From: an uncultured Spirochaetota bacterium
GTDB lineage: Bacteria; Spirochaetota; Spirochaetia; SZUA-6; CAVTHK01
DNA length: 64,000 nucleotides
Assembly (NCBI GenBank): GCA_963734495.1
Contig: CAVTHK010000011.1
Coordinates: forward strand, 512,001-576,000
Reading direction: 5' to 3'
Shown here piece after piece: positions 59,556 through 64,000 of this stretch (the stretch's first letter is position 1; the number at the start of each line of letters is the position of its first letter). A program made the translations under genes and the position numbers. The notes below the pieces were generated by a model. The model saw only the letters and a program-made list of their open reading frames with translations, made no database searches and was not told where the DNA came from.

Positions 59556-60962
59556 TGAGCCAGGAATGCCCGGGAATCCAGGCCTGGGTCGAGGAAGAAG
59601 GGCGGAGAGTCGCGATCGAGGCTCGCCACGCCTCGCGATACTCGCTCTGGGTGCGATTCCTAGGCAAGGGCGCCCGCAGAAACGGAAGCGAATTCTCCCG
59701 GCTGTTCCTCACGGTCCAGGGCGAGGAGTTCGAGTTCGGAAGGTGCCGCCTGGTGACTGAGCCCAACATCGAGGGCTACGCGGGGCGGCTCGTGCTGATC
59801 GAGGAATTCAACGACTTCGAGAGCCTGCTCTTCCGCAGGCGAGTCGACCGGCTGCAGAGCCCGTTCATGAACCTCCCGCTCCTGCTCGACCACAAGCGCC
59901 AGATCGCGCCCGAGTTCAGGGACTACGCTGCCGGTCTCACCTATGACCTCAACGTGTACAAGAGCCTGTTCGACGCGGTGGACGCGAAGCTCGACGGCGA
60001 GCCTGCCCACGTGCGGGCCGTCATCGAACGCGGCGTCATCGCGAACGAGGGCGCGCAGTTCCACGATTTCATGAGTGACCGGCATGAGGAGCTCAACCGC
60101 ATCGTCGCGGACTTCAGCGACGAAGACCACGAGCGTCACGGCTTCTACCTGAGGCGCCAGCTCTGGAGCATCATCATGTGCTCCCCTTTCATGGCCCGGA
60201 CCAATCTCAAGCCGCGGGGCTATGCCGGGGACTCCGAGATGATGACGATGATCTACAAGAACGAATACAGCGGCGACTCGACCTTCGCCAAGGTGCTGAA
60301 CAAGTTCCCCCTGGGCGCGCCCGCCGCGCAGGCGGTGCGCAACCGGCGCGGGATCGTCGCCGAGGCGCTGCGGAGCTTCCGCGCCGAGGTCGCCGCCGAG
60401 CGCCGCTCGAGGCCGCTGCGCGTGCTGTCCGTCGCCTGCGGCCCCGCCTGGGAGATCACCGACATCGTCCGAGCGGCCGCCGACGCACAGAACATCCACT
60501 TCACCATGTTCGATCAGGACCAGTACGCGCTCATGGAGGTCGCATCGCGGGTCGCCGAGACCGAGCGCCGCCTGGACGTCGCGCTTTCCGTGGACTACCT
60601 GAGGGAGTCCGTGCGCACGGTCCTGGTGACCCGCGAGCTCGAGGCGAAGTGGGGAAGGTACGACTTTGTCTACTCCATGGGGCTGTTCGACTACCTCACG
60701 CCCTCCCGTCGCGCGCGCGGTGCTGGTCCGGCTGTACCGGCTGCTCGAGCCAGACGGCCGGATGGTCATCGGCAATTTCCGCGTGGGCAGCCCGGGCCGG
60801 AACTTCATGGGATACTGGCTCGACTGGGTGATCTACTATCGCAGCGAAGAGGACTTCAAGGAGCTGGCGCAGGCGCTGCCCGGAGCGCAGTCGCGGATCG
60901 AGTTCGACAGCACGGGCGTCCAGATGCTCCTGCACGTGACCAAGCCGTCGGGTACCGGCTGA
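59555..60962 (+). CDS. Class I SAM methyltransferase, PhcB-like (~468 aa after correcting a frameshift near 60702)
   Basis: KPRGYAGDSEMM, PAAQAVRNR, VLSVACGPAWE, FDQD, YSMGLFDYL, then IGNF...LDW.IYYRS in the next frame. Confidence 0.8.
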
Positions 60963-60981
60963 CGGGCCCGCGAGGTTGCGA

Positions 60982-62384
60982 ATGAGCGAAAGGTTCTGGC
61001 CGGGACGACGGGCGGGCAGGGGCGGCGAAGGCGGGCCCACGGAGGCCGACGTCGCGTCGTTCACCTACGGCTCCGGCGACCTGGACCTCTATATCAACGC
61101 GATCGTCCACGATTCGCTGCGCACTCTCGCCATGCTCGGCATCGTCCTGGTGCCGATGTTCTTCCTGCTCGACTACTTCATGATGCCGCCGCAGCTCCTG
61201 GCCCGATTCGGGATCTACCGGCTGGCCTCCACGGTCATAGCCCTCGTCCAGTTCGTCATCGTCCGCAACACGCGGCCGGGACGCTGGTCCTACGTCCACG
61301 CCCACTTCATCTCCCTGCAGGTCGCCTTCAGCATCACGTTGATGACCATCGACCTGGGCGGGTTCGACTCGAGCTACTACGCGGGGCTCAACCTGGTGAT
61401 CATCGGGGTCAACCTCCTGCTGCCCTGGCGCGCGGTGCACTCCACGTCCAACTGCGCTGGCGATCATCGCCATGTACGTCGCCCTGAACCTGGTATCTCC
61501 CCACAAGCTACGCCGCGACCGCGCTGATGAACAACCTGTTCTTCCTCTGCAGCACCGCGGTCATCGCCATCAGCATCGGTCACGTCAGGCACCGGCTCAT
61601 CCGCAACGAGTTCCTGCTGCTGGTCGAGCTCAAGCGGGCCCGCGACGCGCTCTCCAGCGAGATGGATCTGGCCAAGCGCATCCAGACGGCGCTGCTGCCC
61701 CGCAGGGTGACCATGCCGGGCTACGAGGTCGCCGCGACCATGGTCCCCGCCAAGGAGGTCGGCGGCGACTACTACGACGTCATCGAGACCACGCGGGGGA
61801 CCGCGTGGGTCGCCATGGGCGATGTTTCGGGCCACGGAGTCGATTCGGGGCTCGTCATGATGATGGCGCAGACCAGCATCATCGCGGCGCTCGACGCCGA
61901 CAAGACCTCCGGCCCGTCTTCCGTGCTCGCGTCCGTCAACCGGGTGATCCGCGAGAACGTGGCGCGGCTGGGCTCGGAGCACTACATGACCGTCACCCTT
62001 TTGCGGCTCGACGGCGGGACGGTCACCGCGGCCGGCAAGCACCAGGACATCCTGGTCTACCGGGCGGCCGAGCAGCGCTCGGAGGTGATCCCCTCGGCCG
62101 GCACCTGGATCGGCATCGCCGACGACATCGCCGGATACCTGAGCGATTCGTCCTTCGATATGGGTCCGGGCGACGTGCTGCTGCTGTTCACCGACGGGAT
62201 CACCGAAGCGATGAACGACCAGCGCGAGATGTACGGCCAGGAGAGGCTCCAGCTGAGCCTGGATCGGTACGCGCACCTGCCGGTGGCGGGCATCGTGGAG
62301 CGGCTGATGGACGACGTGCGCGCGTTCCGCTCCGAGCAGCTGGATGACATGACTCTGGTGGTGATCAGGAGAATCGCGCAGTAG
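60982..62384 (+). CDS. Second membrane PP2C/SpoIIE phosphatase; two frameshifts near 61455 and 61520
   Basis: SYYAGLNLV, NNLFFL, EMDLAKRIQ, VGGDYYD, DVSGHG, FTDGITEA, DDMT. Confidence 0.85.
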
Positions 62385-62387
62385 AGA

Positions 62388-62413
62388 GGCGCCCGCCCTC
62401 GACGGCGGGCGCC
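62388..62413. terminator. Hairpin after the phosphatase gene
   Basis: GGCGCCCGCC-CTCGAC-GGCGGGCGCC. Confidence 0.5.
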
Positions 62414-62445
62414 GGCTCGGTTACATTGTCGGCGAAGGGGGGGCC

Positions 62446-62814
62446 GTGCCCGACCGGAATCTGGAGAGAAACAACCTCATCTATTATCTCAAGGTATCGG
62501 ACGTGTCGACGGGTCGCCGGCTTGGCTATCTGGCCGACATCAGCACGGCCGGGCTCATGCTCATGACGGACGACCCGCTGCCCGCGGACGTGGCTTACAG
62601 GCTCAGGATCGAGCCTCCCCACGCGCGCCAGGGAGAAGCGATCGCGGTCTCCGCCGTCACGAAATGGTCCGACAAGGACAAGCATTCCGCCTTCTACAAG
62701 ACGGGGTTCGAGCTCAAGGACACTTCGGCCGCCGAGCTCAAGTCGATCAAGCGCCTGATCAAGGAGTTCCTCTACGAGGAGCCCGAGGAGGACGCGGAGC
62801 TGCCCGCCGACTGA
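62446..62814 (+). CDS. Single-domain PilZ c-di-GMP receptor
   Basis: RNLER (RxxxR) and DISTAG (DxSxxG). Confidence 0.85.
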   Translation: MPDRNLERNNLIYYLKVSDVSTGRRLGYLADISTAGLMLMTDDPLPADVAYRLRIEPPHARQGEAIAVSAVTKWSDKDKHSAFYKTGFELKDTSAAELKSIKRLIKEFLYEEPEEDAELPAD

Positions 62815-62832
62815 CGCGGCTCCGGGCCCGGG

Positions 62833-63537
62833 TCAGCGCCCTCCCGTTTTCGCCGCGAGGAGCCTCACGGGCGCGCCCGAGGCGTACTCTCCCTCGAGCC
62901 TGAGCGGCGCCGGGATGAGCAGGACGCGCTCGCCGAGGATCCGGGCGACTTCACCGCCCACGTTCTCTATGATGAAGGTATCGCTGCCGAGCAGAGCCCT
63001 GTGGTTCGCCGGCGCAAACGGGACGTCACGGTATTGCTCCTGGAGGTCGACGTCGGGCGCGTCGATGCCGAAGAGCCGGGCCCCTGCCGCGACCACCCAC
63101 CGGGCGGCCTCGAGGCTCAGCGTGCGATACTGCTGGTAGTAACGGTAGGGCTCCGACTTGAAGAGCGGCGCCCAGCCCGTGTAGACGACGAGGGCGTCGC
63201 CCTTTCGCAGCTCGAGGCGGCCCGACGACAGGGCCGCCTGCAGGTCCGGCAGGGAGATCTCCCGCGGCCCTCCCTGCGCCGGTCCGTATTTCGCCGAGAG
63301 GTCGACCACCACGGCATCGCCGATCAGCTCCCCGATCCTGATCGCGTCGAGCCTCCTGCCCTTCTCGGTCATGTGCCACGGGGCGTCCATGTGCGTGCCG
63401 AAATGGAGGCTCATCGTCACGATCGCGTGCCGGCAGCCGTGGCTCGCGAACATCTGGATGTTCCTGAAGTGAGCGAAGCCGAAGGGATGATAGGTGTCCT
63501 CGTCGAATCCGTGCGTAAGGTCGTAGAAATCCGGCAT
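62833..63537 (-). CDS. Cyclase family metallohydrolase (kynurenine formamidase-like)
   Basis: HFGTHMDAPWH, GIDAP, IIEN, GAPVR. Confidence 0.88.
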   Translation of the reverse strand: MPDFYDLTHGFDEDTYHPFGFAHFRNIQMFASHGCRHAIVTMSLHFGTHMDAPWHMTEKGRRLDAIRIGELIGDAVVVDLSAKYGPAQGGPREISLPDLQAALSSGRLELRKGDALVVYTGWAPLFKSEPYRYYQQYRTLSLEAARWVVAAGARLFGIDAPDVDLQEQYRDVPFAPANHRALLGSDTFIIENVGGEVARILGERVLLIPAPLRLEGEYASGAPVRLLAAKTGGR

Positions 63538-63597
63538 GGGTTCCTCCCGGCCTGAGGCCGCGGCTCCCGCAGCAGACGGGATCGGAAGCGTTCGTCC

Positions 63598-64000
63598 TCA
63601 GGCCTTGCGGCTGCTCGCGAAGATGATCGCGAGAATGATGACCCCGGTCAGGATGTAGCGCAGGCCGATGGTGAACTTCAGAATATCGAGAACGTACAAG
63701 ATCAGCAGCAGAAGCAGGGAGGCGCCGATGACGCCCGGTATGTTGGAGTCGCCTCCGGCGATGCTGCTGCCCCCGATCACGGGAACGGCGATCGAGTTCA
63801 GCAGGTACTCGCGGCCCATGCCCAGCGTGACGCCTCCGCCGAACGCCGAGAGGAGGACGCCCGTGAGCCCCGCGAACAGCCCGCTCAGGATGTAGGTGAC
63901 CGACTTGTTGGCGTCGACGTTGATCGCCGCGAGCGACGCCGCCTTGGTGTTCTGTCCGATGGCGTGGATGTAGCGGCCGTAGCGCGAGCGGGTGAGCGAC
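63598..64000 (-). CDS. RbsC-like sugar ABC permease, C-terminal part (starts beyond window)
   Basis: YGRYIHAIGQN..AA, YLLNSIAVPVIGGSSIAGG. Confidence 0.85.
   Translation of the reverse strand, partial: SLTRSRYGRYIHAIGQNTKAASLAAINVDANKSVTYILSGLFAGLTGVLLSAFGGGVTLGMGREYLLNSIAVPVIGGSSIAGGDSNIPGVIGASLLLLLILYVLDILKFTIGLRYILTGVIILAIIFASSRKA

Overview
High-GC bacterial DNA, tightly packed with about 55 genes. I found no rRNA, tRNA, CRISPR array, transposase or integrase. A CheX gene and solute-binding proteins whose mature parts begin 'AGG...' suggest a free-living spirochaete (inference). Several genes carry 1-bp frameshifts, densest at 19.9-24.1 kb, most likely long-read assembly errors. Much of the window is ABC importers and catabolic enzymes. 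Four signalling or secretion loci stand out. (1) 55.2-62.8 kb: a PhcB-like SAM methyltransferase (putative quorum-sensing methyl-ester synthase) among two membrane PP2C phosphatases that share a YYAGL sensor motif, two kinase/STAS partner-switch pairs (SiaB/SiaC-like), a GGEEF diguanylate cyclase and a PilZ protein. (2) 8.0-14.0 kb: a Ser/Thr kinase-FHA-vWA operon led by a ~170-aa domain I do not recognise, whose divergently transcribed paralogue is fused to an HU DNA-binding domain. (3) 43.4-51.0 kb: an MFP / GAF-MFP / M50-peptidase-MFP / truncated SecA operon. (4) 4.8-7.9 kb: a membrane-anchored CheA-like kinase lacking a CheW domain, with CheX and CheY. All family assignments come from motifs read by eye; no database search was run.
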